A stretch of DNA of 64,000 nucleotides from Macrostomum lignano (taxonomy: Eukaryota), in contig NIVC01000103.1 of assembly GCA_002269645.1 (NCBI GenBank), forward strand, positions 434,001 through 498,000, written 5' to 3'. Under the pieces are notes generated by a model. It had not been told where the DNA came from. It ran no database searches and saw only the letters and a program-made list of their open reading frames with translations. Below, piece by piece: positions 17,150-30,400 of the stretch. Each line of letters opens with the position of its first letter. Position 1 is the first letter of the stretch. Position numbers and translations under genes: made by a program.

Positions 17150-20100
17150 CTTTAGTTTCCTTTCTCGTACTTGTACATCTACGACGTATAGAATGGAGAA
17201 TAGAAAAGACGCATTGGGTTACAGAATCCTAGCGCGGACGCGTTCGCGAAACAGCTCAGAGGGGCAGAGAGCAGTGTCACTCGGGGTCAGGTCAAGGTCA
17301 CTGAGGTCGTCAGCCAGAGTCTGGATCAGCGAGGCAGCACGGCCTTGGCCACGTCGAAGCCGTTCTCGCGGTGGGTGAAGCAGCGCCATCGCGAGAGGGT
17401 TGGCTTCACCGCGACCGTGCCGACGCAGAACGTGGCCGGCGAGGGTTTGTCGCCGCCGTCGCAGGATAACGCTGAGAGGCGGAAGGCCGTTGCGCCGGTC
17501 GAGATCGCGGTTCGAGATGGTCACGGGGAATCGGATGCCGAGTGTGTAGCAGAGAAGCGCCCGGTAGATGCCGTTTAGCGCGTTTTCCCGGGTGGTGGTC
17601 ACCGGTACGGCTTCCAGTCCGTTGAGCAGGATCGGTTCGACTGTGGCGCGGAAAAGCTTGATCTTGAGGGCGTCAGGCGCTGCGGAGCTGAAGATAGGGC
17701 TGATCTTGACTGCAGCACGCCAGGCTTGTGCTTTCCGGTCCGTGATGATATCTTCAGGATTCAAGATTAGCACGCTCAGGTAGCGGAAGTCTTGGCAGGT
17801 TGAGATCGTTTCGCTGCTCGGCAGGCTCAGCTCGGGCGCGGTGCTGGTGCCGATGTGCATCACTTCGGTTTTTCTCCCGTTGACAATGAGGCCGACGCGC
17901 GAAGCTTCCAGGCAAAGTCTGTCCAGGGCGCGCTGAACCGCTAGCCCATCCCTGCACACTAGAGCGATGTCATCGGCGTAAGCTAAGGCGGCGAGGATGA
18001 TGGTGGGTTGCCGAGGGCCCCTCCTGGAGGCCAAGATGTAGCTGTCTTCTTCTCGCATGGATCACCGTAGGACATAGTCGATCGCGAGAATGAAGAGAAG
18101 GGGGCCAGGGTGTACCCCTGAAGCAGTCCAGAGGTGGTCGGAAATTCTTCGGTTGGGCCGTCGGTAGTCTGGACGAAGGCGCGCGGGACGAAGGCGCGAG
18201 GTTCATGATGGCGCGGATGAGAGCGCCGGGGACGCCGTACTCGGAGAGGAGCCCGGTAATGGCCAGCCGAAAGATCGAATCGAAAGCTTTGCGAAAGTCT
18301 ACAAACGCAATCGAGACAGACATCTGACGTGTCTTGCAGGCTTCAACAATTGTGCGGATCGTCGCGATTTGCTCAATTGTCGATCAGCCGGGGCGGAAGC
18401 CGCTCTGAACACTGAGAAGCTGCGCGTCGAGTCCGCTTAACAGGCGATTACGGATGATGGAGTTGAGTAGCTTTGGCAGTGCGGGTTCGAGTGCGATGCC
18501 GCGCTGGTTGTCTAAGCTTTTGGGAATGGAGACAATCTTTGAAATCCGCCAAGGTGGTGGGGCGGTGGCGTCCGGGTCTCCTCCTAGAGGACTGTACTTG
18601 TTCAGTAAGCCAGTGATCACCGGTATCAGCTCGGTTAGCTTTAGGACAAGAAGAGGCACACCGTCAGCGCCAGCGGCAGCGTCGGGTCGCATTGTGGCAA
18701 GTGCTTTGCGCACCCCTGCTTGAGTGATGGGTCAAATATGTCATTGTTGGTGATATGGCTAAAATTTGGGACTGGCACAAGTTCAGTCTCAGGTTGTTGC
18801 GCGTTGAGAACTTTGCGATAGTGATCAGCGAGAATCGATTTGTGGTGGTCTATCGTGACGTTTGCCTGCGGGACGTTTGCCAGCCGACATTTGCCTGCCG
18901 ACATTTGCCAGCCGACGTTTGCCAGCCGACGTTTGCCTGCGAGACGTTTGCCAGCCGAAGTTTGCCAGCCGACGTTTGCCTGCTGGAAGTTTGCCGGAAA
19001 AAATTTTCTAGCCAATATAAAGCCAGTCAGTGAAAAATTTGATACTGAAATATTCGCAGTTTAGCGGTTTGACAAAAACCGTTTTTACTCAAACTTTTTA
19101 AGGGTTTGCATATATACAAGTTCGAAAGCAAAATCTATATAAATTATGCAGTTCATTAGTCTAACGTCTAATATCTAGTTTAACAACGATTTTGGCACAA
19201 CATATCAAAAGATGAACATTCATGGGTTTGCCTCGTATGAAAGCAATAAAAATTGTTGTGCTGAAAAGATGAAAACTTCCTATCTCCCTATGGCCTTCAA
19301 AACATTTTCCATAGACTTCGACTGCTGCGCGTCCTTCTACTTTAGTAGTCCTTGGCGTGATTAAGCTTTGTATACGAAGTGTCTAGCGCTTGCTATCCTA
19401 CTAGTTCTTGCTACTGGCGGCTTGTCTGGCTATTCAGCTAGCTTACTATACAAACGTACCGCATTCGACTCGTCTACACATGTACGTTGAGATCGCGGTT
19501 TCCTGTCTTACTTGTGTAGTAATACAACAGCATTGGAATCAATTTGCTTACTTTTGGATCCCCCAATGAACTGAGAAATAGATAAGCCACCGCTCAGCAG
19601 CTCTTTTTGTTTGCTTCATACCTTAAATCGCTGGAGATTCCCGTTTTAATCTGCGCGTCTTCTTTCGCACATCAAAAATCAAACATCTCAAACTGGAAAA
19701 AACGATACACAATTGTCAAAAATTAAGTAAACTATATTTTCACATTCAAAGAAAATCGTTATTAAACTAGTTATTACGAGCGTAGATGTTAGACTAATAA
19801 ATAGCATAATTTATATAGATTTTGCTTTCGAACTTGTATATATGCAAATAACCGTCAAAAAGTTTGAGTAAAAACGATTTTTGTCAAACCGCTAAACTGC
19901 GAATATTTCAGTATCAAATTTTTCACTGACTGGATTTATATTGGCTGGCACATATTTTCTGGCAAACTTCCAGCAGGCAAACGTCGGCTGGCAAACGTCC
20001 CGCAGGCAAACGTCGGCTGGCAAACGTCCCGCAGGCAAACGTCGTCTGGCAAACGTCCCGCAGGCAAACGTCGTAGACCCGTTCTTGTTTGAGAGGTGAG

Positions 20101-20400
20101 TCATGATCCAATCGAGCCGGGTAACTCTGTTGTTGGTGCCGACTAAAGTTGGAAGATTTTTGATGGGTTGGCGCATGAAGCCACTGATTGGACCGAGGTC
20201 TCTGGCTTGGATGAAGTTTGCTAGGATTGCAGAGTTAGCGTTCAGAGTTCCACATCTGTTCTTGACGAGCCTGCCGTCAGCAGGGAGTGTGGCGTTGAAG
20301 TCACCAGCGATGATGACAATGTCGCGAGAAGGCGCCGAGTCCAGGAGTTGCCCTAGGGCTTCGTAGAGGACTTCAGTGTCGCGCGGGTCAGCCATGGAGG
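17150..20400 (-). mobile_element. Degenerate non-LTR retrotransposon (RTE-like LINE): 5'-truncated AP endonuclease (20075-20395) plus frameshifted RT (17219-18850), interrupted by a MITE
   Basis: Endonuclease motifs IIAGDFNA and RLDWIM; RT motifs DAAAGADG, RGIAL, QSGFRPG, AFVDFRKAFDSI, LAYADDIAL, GKTEVM, RRRRQTLAGHVLR; several frameshifts. Confidence 0.9.
18853..20073. mobile_element. Non-autonomous DNA transposon (MITE-like), ~330-bp TIRs with ACGTTTGCC subterminal repeats, probable TA TSD
   Basis: 18853-~19190 is the reverse complement of ~19760-20073; flanks are GGTC-TA...TA-GACC; no coding capacity. Confidence 0.85.
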
Positions 20401-21174
20401 TTCGGTTTGTTGACTGGTCGTTCTACCTCTCAATTCATTTAATTAAATAAAAAATTATTCTTCAAAAAACTTTCGCTACGTTTTACAGGTTGATCAGGTT
20501 GATCAGGGACTCAGGGTTGTTATATTCATATAGACCGGACTATATTTTTGGATGGATGGCGGATGGGCCTATTTAACTCTAGTTTGGCGGACAAGTTAGG
20601 AGGGGAAGAGTTTCATGTAAAAAAACAACAACAGCCAAGCTGCCAACAGTCATGACAATCAGCTGTTTGTGTGAAAAAACTTTTTTCATGATAATTGGCC
20701 TCTACGAGCCCAGTTACAGTCTTGTAAACTTTAATGTCTTTAAATTTAATTGTTCAAGAGAGACTTTATGGTAGTGCCCAAAGGCACTAAGTTCAATCAA
20801 ATCAAAGTAAGCCTAAAATTGCCGTGTGCCTTTCCCTAGTGAACTGAACTGAATATATTCAAAGCCTAGCCTGCTATATTAAATGAAATACTAATCCAAA
20901 GACGAGTCTTTCGATCGTTTCCTTATCTAAGCATAAAGCTTATCTAAGATAAGCAAATACTAGGGTAGTGGGTAGGCCAGTTTTAGTTGATATGATTCCT
21001 TCATTTTTAAAGTGCCATGATAGAACCCTAGTAGCTTAGGGCTATTTTTCTCTATTTTACCTTTAGGCCTAAATTTTATAAACTATTAAATTTTTAGGCC
21101 CCAGGCCTGGCCTAAGACCAGACATTAGGCTCTAGGCCTAGGCTAAAAGTTCTCAATTTAGGTATTTAGGCCTA

Positions 21175-22476
21175 TCGGTTTCCATGTATTTCGGTGCCAG
21201 TGCTTTTCGGTGCCCGGCATTTCGGTGCCCCAGATTGCTTTTCAGTGCCTCAGTTTATGATGCCAAAATGATGATAATAAAAAAGAAATCCTATAAACAA
21301 GTATATTAAATACTTTACAAAAAGTTCGATATTCCTAATAAAAGCAGTATTAATTTTGTTAAAATTAAATCTTTCTTAAACCTTTCTTAAATCTGAAAAA
21401 ATCCGGCCAATTTAATTGCATGCATATGCTGTACGTATCCATGTAAATATACAAGAGGCTCTTCATATTGCTTGTTCTGGACCTGGTTCTAGAACCAGAA
21501 CCAATTTGTAAAGTTAAACTTTTTGTCTCCTAAACTAGAGGGATATTAATTAGTGCTTTAAAATTGTGATTATTGAATGGCAATAGCCAAAAAGAAAGTG
21601 AAAAATTGTGCAAAGTGAGGCTTTTAAGGTAGTCAAACATTCAACAAAGTTAAATAGTTATAGTGCTTTTTTGTCTTGGAAATCCGAACCGATTCTGGTT
21701 CTGGAATCGATTGCCGTGAAGAGGCTCCAATACAAGCTGGCTGCACTCAGCAAGCGTGCTATGAAGACTTAGTTAGGTAAAGTTGAAATCCATCAACGAT
21801 GTTACATGTAGTTTTGATCGAAATTATAAAATGTGACAAGTCTACGTGTATTTTAGTTAGTATTGATTTTTTGAAGCACACGATCGACATCATATGTTTT
21901 ATTTCATAAAACTGCCTAGGTAATGAAGCGAGTATTATTTAACGAGCTGAAATATTTTGGGGCATAACTATTGGACCATAATTATCAAATTTTATTACAA
22001 GCGCATTTGGGGCATTAGTTTAAAATTTTGACGCGGCTGAGGCGTTGCTAGCGACAGAAGTAAATCGAATCGAGTAATCGAAAACCATTTTTTGAATTAA
22101 AACACCAGGTCAGCTTAACAAAATGAGTAATACCTTAGTTTTTTAAGTAAATAAGTACTGAAAAGGCAAAGCACTTACTGCTAAATTAAGGCTCAATTTT
22201 TTTATTTTTGTGTCCAATTCTAATGTATAATTTAGGCACCGAAAAGCAAGCTGGGGCACCGAAATGCACCGGCACCGGATAGCTTGGATCCATACGTTTC
22301 TATACGTAATAAGCGTGGATACGTAATACTGCTTTTATTAGGAATATCGAACGTTTTGTAAAGTATTTATTATATTTGTTATAGGATTTCTTTTTATTAT
22401 CATTTTGGCGTCATAAACTGGGGCACCGAAATGCCGGGCACCGAAATGCACAGGCACCGAAAAGCGTGGATAACGG
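21175..22476. mobile_element. Non-autonomous DNA transposon with ~160-bp TIRs carrying CGGTGCC subterminal repeats; possible 4-bp CCTA TSD
   Basis: 21175-21352 is inverted relative to 22325-22476; CCTA at 21171-21174 and 22477-22480. Confidence 0.75.
21456..21727. mobile_element. Possible small nested MITE (GGCTCTTCA...TGAAGAGGC ends, AGAACC repeats)
   Basis: Imperfect short inverted ends and internal GTTCTGG/CCAGAAC inverted motifs. Confidence 0.35.
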
Positions 22477-22929
22477 CCTATCTGGCCTCTGGGTTTATTT
22501 TTTGTGCACAGAGTGCGGTCTCATAACCTATTTTTTCATTAAAAACTCATTTGAACAGCCTTGAAATTGAGAACGAAATTAAATCATCATTTTTAATTTT
22601 ATCTAGATCCACATTGTAGTATTGGCCAAAAAATAGGCAACATTGTTTAGCTCTTCTATCATATAAGTCAACTAGGCCCTACTTTGTTATTCTCTATCCC
22701 ATGTTATTCCCTATTTACCTTTGGCCTTGGCCTTGGCCTGCCAACTGCCCTAGGCATTCTTGTCTTGTCTCAACTTGCCCTGCCTTTGCCCTGCTTCAAC
22801 TTGCCTTTCCTTGTCCTGCCCTACCTTGTTTCATTTTGCTCTGACCCACCCAAGTTAAATTTGCCCTGAATTTTCAATGAAAAAAAACATTTTCCTGGCT
22901 AGCTAGATCAATGATATAGTAAGCCTATA

Positions 22930-24247
22930 TGAGGGATACTCTAAAAGTTTTGCAATTCAACTATTTAAAGTTAATTTTGCCAAACTTTTCTATTACAATC
23001 CTTTAAAGTAGGCTTTCCAGAACTGCAAACACTTGTGCGCTTGTCCGAGCCACTTGTTCATCAAGCCCTGGAAGTCTTCAATTGGGATGCCGTCAATCGC
23101 CTCCTTTGCCGCCTGCTCCAGCTCCTTGTCGGACTGAAACCTGCGCCCTCTAAGCAACTTTTTGATTTCTGGAAAGAGCCAGAAGTCGTAGGGGGCGAGG
23201 TCTAGTGAGTAGGGTGGGTGTGGTAGCATTGAAATGCCCTCTTGATCCAGGAATGCTCGAGTTGCAGTAGCCATGTAGGCGGGGGTGTTGTCATGGTGAA
23301 GTTTCCACCCTTGCATTCTCGTCCTTGGTGCCCTCTGGGTCATGCTGTCAATCACGACTGGCAAGTACTCTTCAGTGTACCATCAAGCAGTGACTATAGC
23401 TTGACCCTCCAGCTTCACCATTGCCACCACGCCTTGTGAGTCGAAGAAGATGGCAAACATCCACTTGCCCTGGGACTGGGACCGCCTTGCTTTCAGGGGT
23501 CGTTGCCCACCTTCCGGCACCCACTCTGCACTGCTGTGCTTTGTCTCAATATCAAAATGATAGAGAAACGTCTCATCACCAGTGATGACCTCAGAGCGGC
23601 GCTGATGGCTCCCATGCTCATATCAATTGATGAGAAACTGACAGAATTCCATGCGGGCCTGTTTCTGAGCATCTGTCAGGATGTGGGGTATCCATTGGGC
23701 ACAAAGCTTCCTGACTCTCAGGTGATCGTGTAGAATCGTATCGAATGCTGCCGATCCAATGCTGTCATTCATAATCATAGCTAGCATGTCCGTGGTGATT
23801 CGCAGATCCTGATGAATCAGCTCTAGCACTGCAGCGATGTTTTCCTCCATCATTGCTGTTGGTGGTCTCCCGGGCTGGGGGTCATCAGAAAAGCTGGTCC
23901 TGCTAGCCTGGAACTTGCGGTACCAGCATGTAACCGTAGCATATGACGCCGCTTGAGCCTCCAATGTTGCTAGTAGCTCGGCATGAGTCTCAAGCGCCGT
24001 GAGCTTTCGCTTGTATCAGTACCAAATTAGTAGCCGATTCATTCTTCTCACGATTCAATTCCATGGCTGCAGCTGTACAGTTAAGGAGTCTCTGACTTTG
24101 AGTGGGGGCTGAGTAAGCATATATGTATGAATTCACTTGAAAATTGAGGTGGGGACTATGTACATGTTTATTGTACAGAGAGTTGGTTTTGAAGATTATG
24201 CAACTTGCGCAAGTGGTTGAATTGCAAAACTTTTGGAGTATCCCTCG
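22930..24247 (-). mobile_element. Full-length mariner element (DD34D transposase pseudogene), TA TSD
   Basis: TIRs (C/T)GAGGGATACTC(C/T)AAAAGTTTTGCAATTCAAC at both ends flanked by TA; transposase motifs WIPHIL, ITGDET, HHDN, YSLDLAPYD with 34 residues between D2 and D3; in-frame stops and a frameshift. Confidence 0.95.
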
Positions 24248-25739
24248 TATGTATATAAAAATCATCTAAATATAGGCCTAGGACTACTAAAAGTAATGCA
24301 AGGCTTATCTTTTTTTGTTACAATTTAACTCCTAAATTCTGAGTTTATTTTTTTGGCCCTTTGAAAATCTCATTGGCAACTATATTTTTGTCATCAGAGG
24401 CCAATCTAGCAACTTTATTTTCCCTATGACAGTTGCCAATTTCAAAAAAATGATTTTGTAAAAAAATTGTAAGTATAATAAAAGTGCTATATAAATCTAA
24501 GTTGTGGCAAATACTAAGTTGCTAAAATTGACAATGTCAATAACAAGTCCTAAACAATCTCATTCCCACAGTCATACAGTGCATACATTTTAATGAGCCT
24601 TGGAAATCTATTATTGAGAATTTGGCTAGTTGCCAATAGGCAACCAATAATAGCCATTGGCAACTAGATTTTGAGCCCCAAGGGCTAGCTGGCAACTGAA
24701 TTTCCAACCTTAAAAAAACCCCAGCCTAGACTACTTGTAAGTTAACATAAAAACTTATATGGGAAAACTACAAATTTTCAGGATCAGGCATTAGTTAAGC
24801 TATTTTGTTTAATCTTTTATTTTCACATTTTAAGATTTCTAAAAAAGTAGAAAACAGCTTTTTTAAACCTTCAAAATTTTTGGCCACTCCGCCTTTCTAG
24901 TGAAAAGGTTGGCAGCTAGTTTGTGAAAAACCACCCTAACCTCCACCCATATCATGGCCGCGTGTTGCTATATATTGGGAGGGGGGCAAATACCCCCCCC
25001 CCCAATGTTGTGGGTGCAATTAAATTTAATAAGGGTTGGGCTTGGGCTAAATGGACATAGCAATTGTACAGTATAAACATAGTTGGGACTAGGATATGTA
25101 GCCCTATGTATTAGCTAAATAGTGAAATTTATTAAACTTGCAAGCGTCTTACTATAGCAAAAAGTAAACCTATACCAGATACTTTAATGCTTTTAATTAG
25201 GAAGATTTAAATGCTAACTGTTCCTTGACCTTTAAACTTTGAGAGGAATAACTTATATTGCTAAAAAGAGCTTGCAATGCTAAGTTCAGGGTTATAAGTT
25301 GTTTGCTTTAAATATGAAAACAGAAAGCACAGGATTAAAAAAATAATGTCCATACTTTTACCTTTCTATAAATCTTGTACTCATTTTTGTGAGATATAAT
25401 AGATAAAGATGGGGGGTTCAACTTCTAACTGCCACTGTATATTGGAAGGGGGTTGGTTGCTATATATTGGAGGATTGATTCTGATTGCTTAGCCATTTTG
25501 TTAACTTTAACTGAGACTGATACTGACTGACTAAGAAATTGATTACACCATCAATTGGTTGAATTGGTACATTTTTTATTGGTGCCTTTTAACAGGTAGC
25601 TCTGTATATCCCTAACCCTAACTTTAACCCTAACCACTAATGCCTCTACCTTGCATACTAGCTAAATTAAATGCATATTTTTATAGATTTCAATTTATTA
25701 GTCTTGATTGATAGAGATGATATTGATAAAAAATTTTTT

Positions 25740-26170
25740 AACAAAGGGGATTTTGGTAGAATTTAGTTTCATCAAGGGAATTTAATAAAGTTCTATTTCA
25801 AGGAGAGGATATCAATGGTACTCAGTTTCATGGAGAGGATTGCTATTTCATGGAGAGGATTGTTATTTCATGGAGAGGATTACTATTTCATAGAGAGGAT
25901 TTTGTTGGATTTAAGTTTCATAGAAAATATTTCAATGGATTAAAGTTTTATGGAAAGGATTTTGATATAGTTCTATTTCATAGAAAGGATTTTAGTAGTC
26001 TTGTTTCATAGAGAGAATTTTGATAGAGTCCTGTTTCACAAAGAGGATTTTGATAGATTTCTATTTAAAGAAAAGGATTTTAATGGATTTCTTTTTCACT
26101 GAGATGATTTTAATGGAGTCCTGTTTGATGGAGAGGATTTTCATGGATTTGGAGAGGACTTGGATGCTGG
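25740..26170. repeat. Degenerate tandem repeat (TTTCATGGAGAGGATT core)
   Basis: Recurrent 20-30-bp units. Confidence 0.6.
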
Positions 26171-27555
26171 GATTTGGGTTATGATATTCAGCTGATAGAG
26201 TTCAAGGAATGGAATTCTGGCAATGGGAGTTCTTCTTCTTTATCCTCCAAAGGAGAAGTTATACTTATTTATACTATAATTGCTTCAGACGTAAGGCTAA
26301 AAGTATGTTTTATAAAATAAAAATATTCAAGATAATATTTAAGCTACTATAGCTATAGGCTTATTGACATAGAATGCTTATATTAATATTTAATATTTTA
26401 TTATTCTTGGCTTAGGTCCCCTACTTTCTATTGAATTTTATGACCTTGACTTATTGAGATACTATCATATATAATATTTAAATTATATTAATTGCTTATA
26501 AAAAATTTGGCTATGTCTAACTTAGTAGAATGCATTACAATAATACTTCTATGTAATTTAGTAATAGTAATAGTAAAAATTCTTAAAGATATAAAAGTCT
26601 TAAAGTTTTCCTAGGCCTAACATTATTGATTCTATTTAGGACTAATTTCATTCCTTGATTCCACTTGATTCCATTATTTGATTTTTATTTATCCATTATT
26701 TATAGTAATAATATTTCTATTTCTATTTTATTTTGCTTTACTGATACTTTACTAATGCTTTAAGATGGCTACTATCTCTCCAACATTAAAACTGATTTTT
26801 TATGTTAGGGACAACCTAATATAGCCTATTGAACCTAAGCCTATTCTATAATATTATATTGATTTTTTCTTGTATCTACCTGCATTATTGGTTATGCAAT
26901 GAGTCTTCTTTGGAAAAAATGGTAGCTTTACCAACCTTGCCTAAAAATTGTCATTAACACTTTTATTATAAAATTTTTAATTGTCAGGTGGATGTCCCAT
27001 TTAAAGACTAGGCAACAACATGCCAACTTTACACTCTAAAGATGGACCTTCATTTACTTATCCAAAATCAGTTAAATTAAAGTTATTTTATAAATAAATC
27101 TTTCCACTTTCTAGCATATTACATTCATTATGGTTTTGTAAAATAACTACGAAATGTATTTGTCATGAGCTGCAAATGGCCACAAATGGGGGACAGGTTA
27201 GAACACATGACTTTGGGCTGTATTTCTCAAAAAGACAACTCTTAATTTGAGTTGCAGATACTAGAATAACTAGATGGGCCACTCAGCACATTTGCGTGTA
27301 AGCTACTTTTAGTTCAGTAGTAAGTTAAAAAGAAGCATTTTAATGTATTTTTAAAGCCAAGGCTCATTTATTGGCTCTTAACCCCCAGCTTAAACCCTCA
27401 AACCGCGCTTATCTGTGGTCAGAGTCAAAAGCATCATAGTAAAATATATAGTAGGACTCTGCTCTAATAGTTCTACTTATAGTAGTACGAGTACACAGGA
27501 CCAGGATTAAGTACAAAACAAATGAACACTTCAGTGCAAGTGAGCGGGCAAAGAA

Positions 27556-27953
27556 ATGCAACAGCAGCAGCAGCCAGCAGCGAAGGAGCTGCACTCCAAC
27601 CAGCTGGCCATGCAGGTTGTCAGGCGCCTCTCTAAGCGGCTGCAAAAGCGCCAGCAGGCCGAGTCTGGCGCCACCGCCGCCGATCTCATCCAGATGGTTC
27701 GCCGCGAGGCCGTGGCCTGCGCCGGCCGCGATCCCGTCGACGCCGTGTCGCAGAATGCCTGCCGTCGGGTGCTGAAAATCCTTCGCGAGGAGGCCGTGCA
27801 CAGCCTGGGCGCCTCGGCCCAGCTGCTCAGCTCTCTGCAGAATAATCTGTTTAGCGAGCGGCCCATCGACTACAGCCAGGTGATTGTTGGCTTCGGCTGT
27901 GTCTGTGTCTGATGGCTGTCTGTGTCTGCTGGCTGGCTGGCTGGCTGTCTGCC

Positions 27954-27996
<43 letters not shown>

Positions 27997-28065
27997 GTCT
28001 GTCTGTCTATCATTCTGTCGTTTTGTCTGTCTGTCTTTCATTCTGTCTGTCTGTCATTCTGTCGT

Positions 28066-28154
<89 letters not shown>

Positions 28155-28307
28155 GTCTGTCTGTCATTCTGTCTGTCTATCATTCTGTCGTTTTGTCTGT
28201 CTGTCTTTCATTCTGTCTGTCTGTCATTCTGTCGTTTTGTCTGTCTGTCATTCTGTCTGTCTGTCTGTCTGTCTGTCTGTCATTCTGTCTGTCTGTCATT
28301 CTGTCGT

Positions 28308-28341
<34 letters not shown>

Positions 28342-28467
28342 ATTCTGTCGTTTTGTCTGTCTGTCTGTCTGTCTGTCTGTCATTCTGTCGTTTTGTCTGT
28401 CTGTCTGTCTGTCTGTCTGTCATTCTGTCGTTGTGTCTGTCTGTCTGTCATTCTGTCTGTCTGTCAT

Positions 28468-28505
<38 letters not shown>

Positions 28506-30400
28506 ATTCTGTCTACCTGTCATCTGTCTGTGTGTCTGGCCTTTCTGCCCCTTTTAAGCAAAATCTGTCTACATAGAGCTCTGTGCTCTATGTATAGATT
28601 TGTTGCTGTCATTGTATGCGCATTATTCGCGTATTGAATATTACACCTTTGTTTTGAATATACAGGTAAGCCTATAGCTGTTGATTTAATCACTTCCTAG
28701 ATCCGTGCATTTTAATTTTTCTTTCAATTCAGGTGAAAGCCGACAGTCTTCGCGATGCCGTTTCTGCCGCCATCAAAGAGCTGTTGCTGGAGCTCGAGAC
28801 CAGTCTGGACGATCTGCGCAGCCACGGCGCCGCCCACATCGGCGAGAACGAGGTGGTGCTCACTCTGGGCTACTCGCACTCAGTTGCCAGGGTGCTGCAG
28901 ACAGCGGCTGCTACTCGCAAATTTCAAGTGATTGTGTGCGACTCCGGGCCCAACTTCTCCGGTTCTCGGATGCTGCAGCTGCTCAAAACTGTGCCGCAGG
29001 TGTGTGTTTCTTGGAAACTGAGCGCAACCCTTTCTAAACATCAGATCTCACATCATGCCAACCCCTCCGTAGATGCCGCACCCTCACTAGATGCCGCACC
29101 CTCACTAGATGCCACACCCTCACTAGATGCCACACCCTCCCTAGATGCCACACCCTCACTAGATGCCGCACCCTCACTAGATGCCACACCCTCACTAGTG
29201 CCACACCCTCACTAGATGCCACACCCTCCCTAGATGCCACACCCTCCCTAGTGCCACACCCTCCCTAGTGCCACACCCTCCCCAGATGCCACACCCTCCC
29301 CAGATGCCGCACCCTCCCAAGATGCCACACCCTCCCTAGATGCCACACCTTCCCCAGATGCCACACCTTCCCCAGATGCCACACCCTCCCCAGATGCCAC
29401 ACCCTCCCTAGATGCCACACCCTCCCCAGATGCCACACTCTCTCTAGATGCCACACCCTCCCTAGTGCTACATTTTCTTTAGATCCCACACCCCCAGATG
29501 TCACTCTCCCAGATCCCATGTCCCCATCAGATCCCACACCCCCTGATGCCACACCCTCCCCAGATCCCAAATCCCCATCAGATGCCACACCCCCAGATGT
29601 CATATCCCCCTCAGATGCCACACCCCCCCAGATGCCACACCCCCAGATGCCACACCCTCCCCAGATCCCATATCCTCTCAGATCCCACACCTCCCAGATG
29701 CCACACCCCCACCAGATGCCACACCCCCAGATGCCACAACCCCAGATCCCATATCCCCATCAGATCCCACACCCCAGATCCCATATCCCCATCAGATGCC
29801 ACACCCCCAGATGCCATATCCCCCTCAGATCCCACACCCCCAGATTCCATATCCCCCTCAGATCCCACACCCCCAGATGCCACACTTTCCTGGCATCCTT
29901 TCCGTGGTTACTATCGCCAGATCAATCTCAAACTCACCCCCTCCCAGATCGACGCCAGCCTGATCACTGACGCGCACGCATTCGCTGTCATGTCCCGAGT
30001 GCACCGCTGCCTGCTCTCCGCCCAGACGGTGTTCGCCGACGGCGGCCTCAGGGCCGAGTGCGGCACCCACGGTCTCCTGCTGGCGGCCAAGCGCCACTCC
30101 GTACCCGTGCTGGTCTGCACGCCCGCGCACAAGCTCGCCCCCGCATATCACAGCGTTGAACGGGCCAACGTCTATCTAAACCCGGCCTGCCTGCTGGAGG
30201 AGAATCTGTCCTTTGCCGAGGTGCACTGTCCCAAGTATGACTTGGTGCCGCCCGGCCTTGTGACCTTGTTTGTCACCAACCTGGGCGGCTTGGCACCCGC
30301 GCATCTGCACCGCTGCCTGGCTGAGCAGTACCATCAGGATGACTATAGCATTGATGCTGGGGAAGCTGATGGGGATGCGAGTGTGCTTGATGAGGAGTGA
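27556..30400 (+). CDS. EIF2B2: Translation initiation factor eIF2B subunit beta; exons 27556-27879, 28733-28999, 29948-30400
   Basis: Motifs N..RRVLKILREE, HIGENEVVLTLGYS, RKFQVIVCDSGP, LITDAHAFAVMSRV, FADGGLRA..GTHGLLLAAKRHSVPV, YDLVPPGLVTLFVTNLGGLAP; phase-0 GT-AG introns. Confidence 0.93.
27900..28540. repeat. (TCTG)n-based compound microsatellite in eIF2B beta intron 1
   Basis: Direct inspection. Confidence 0.97.
29060..29885. repeat. Intronic minisatellite, ~18-bp unit (AGATGCCACACCCTCCCT)
   Basis: Direct tandem copies in eIF2B beta intron 2. Confidence 0.92.

Noticed and set aside
29498-29947. Pro/His-rich N-terminal extension of the 300-aa ORF
   Set aside because: Intronic minisatellite upstream of the true acceptor at 29947
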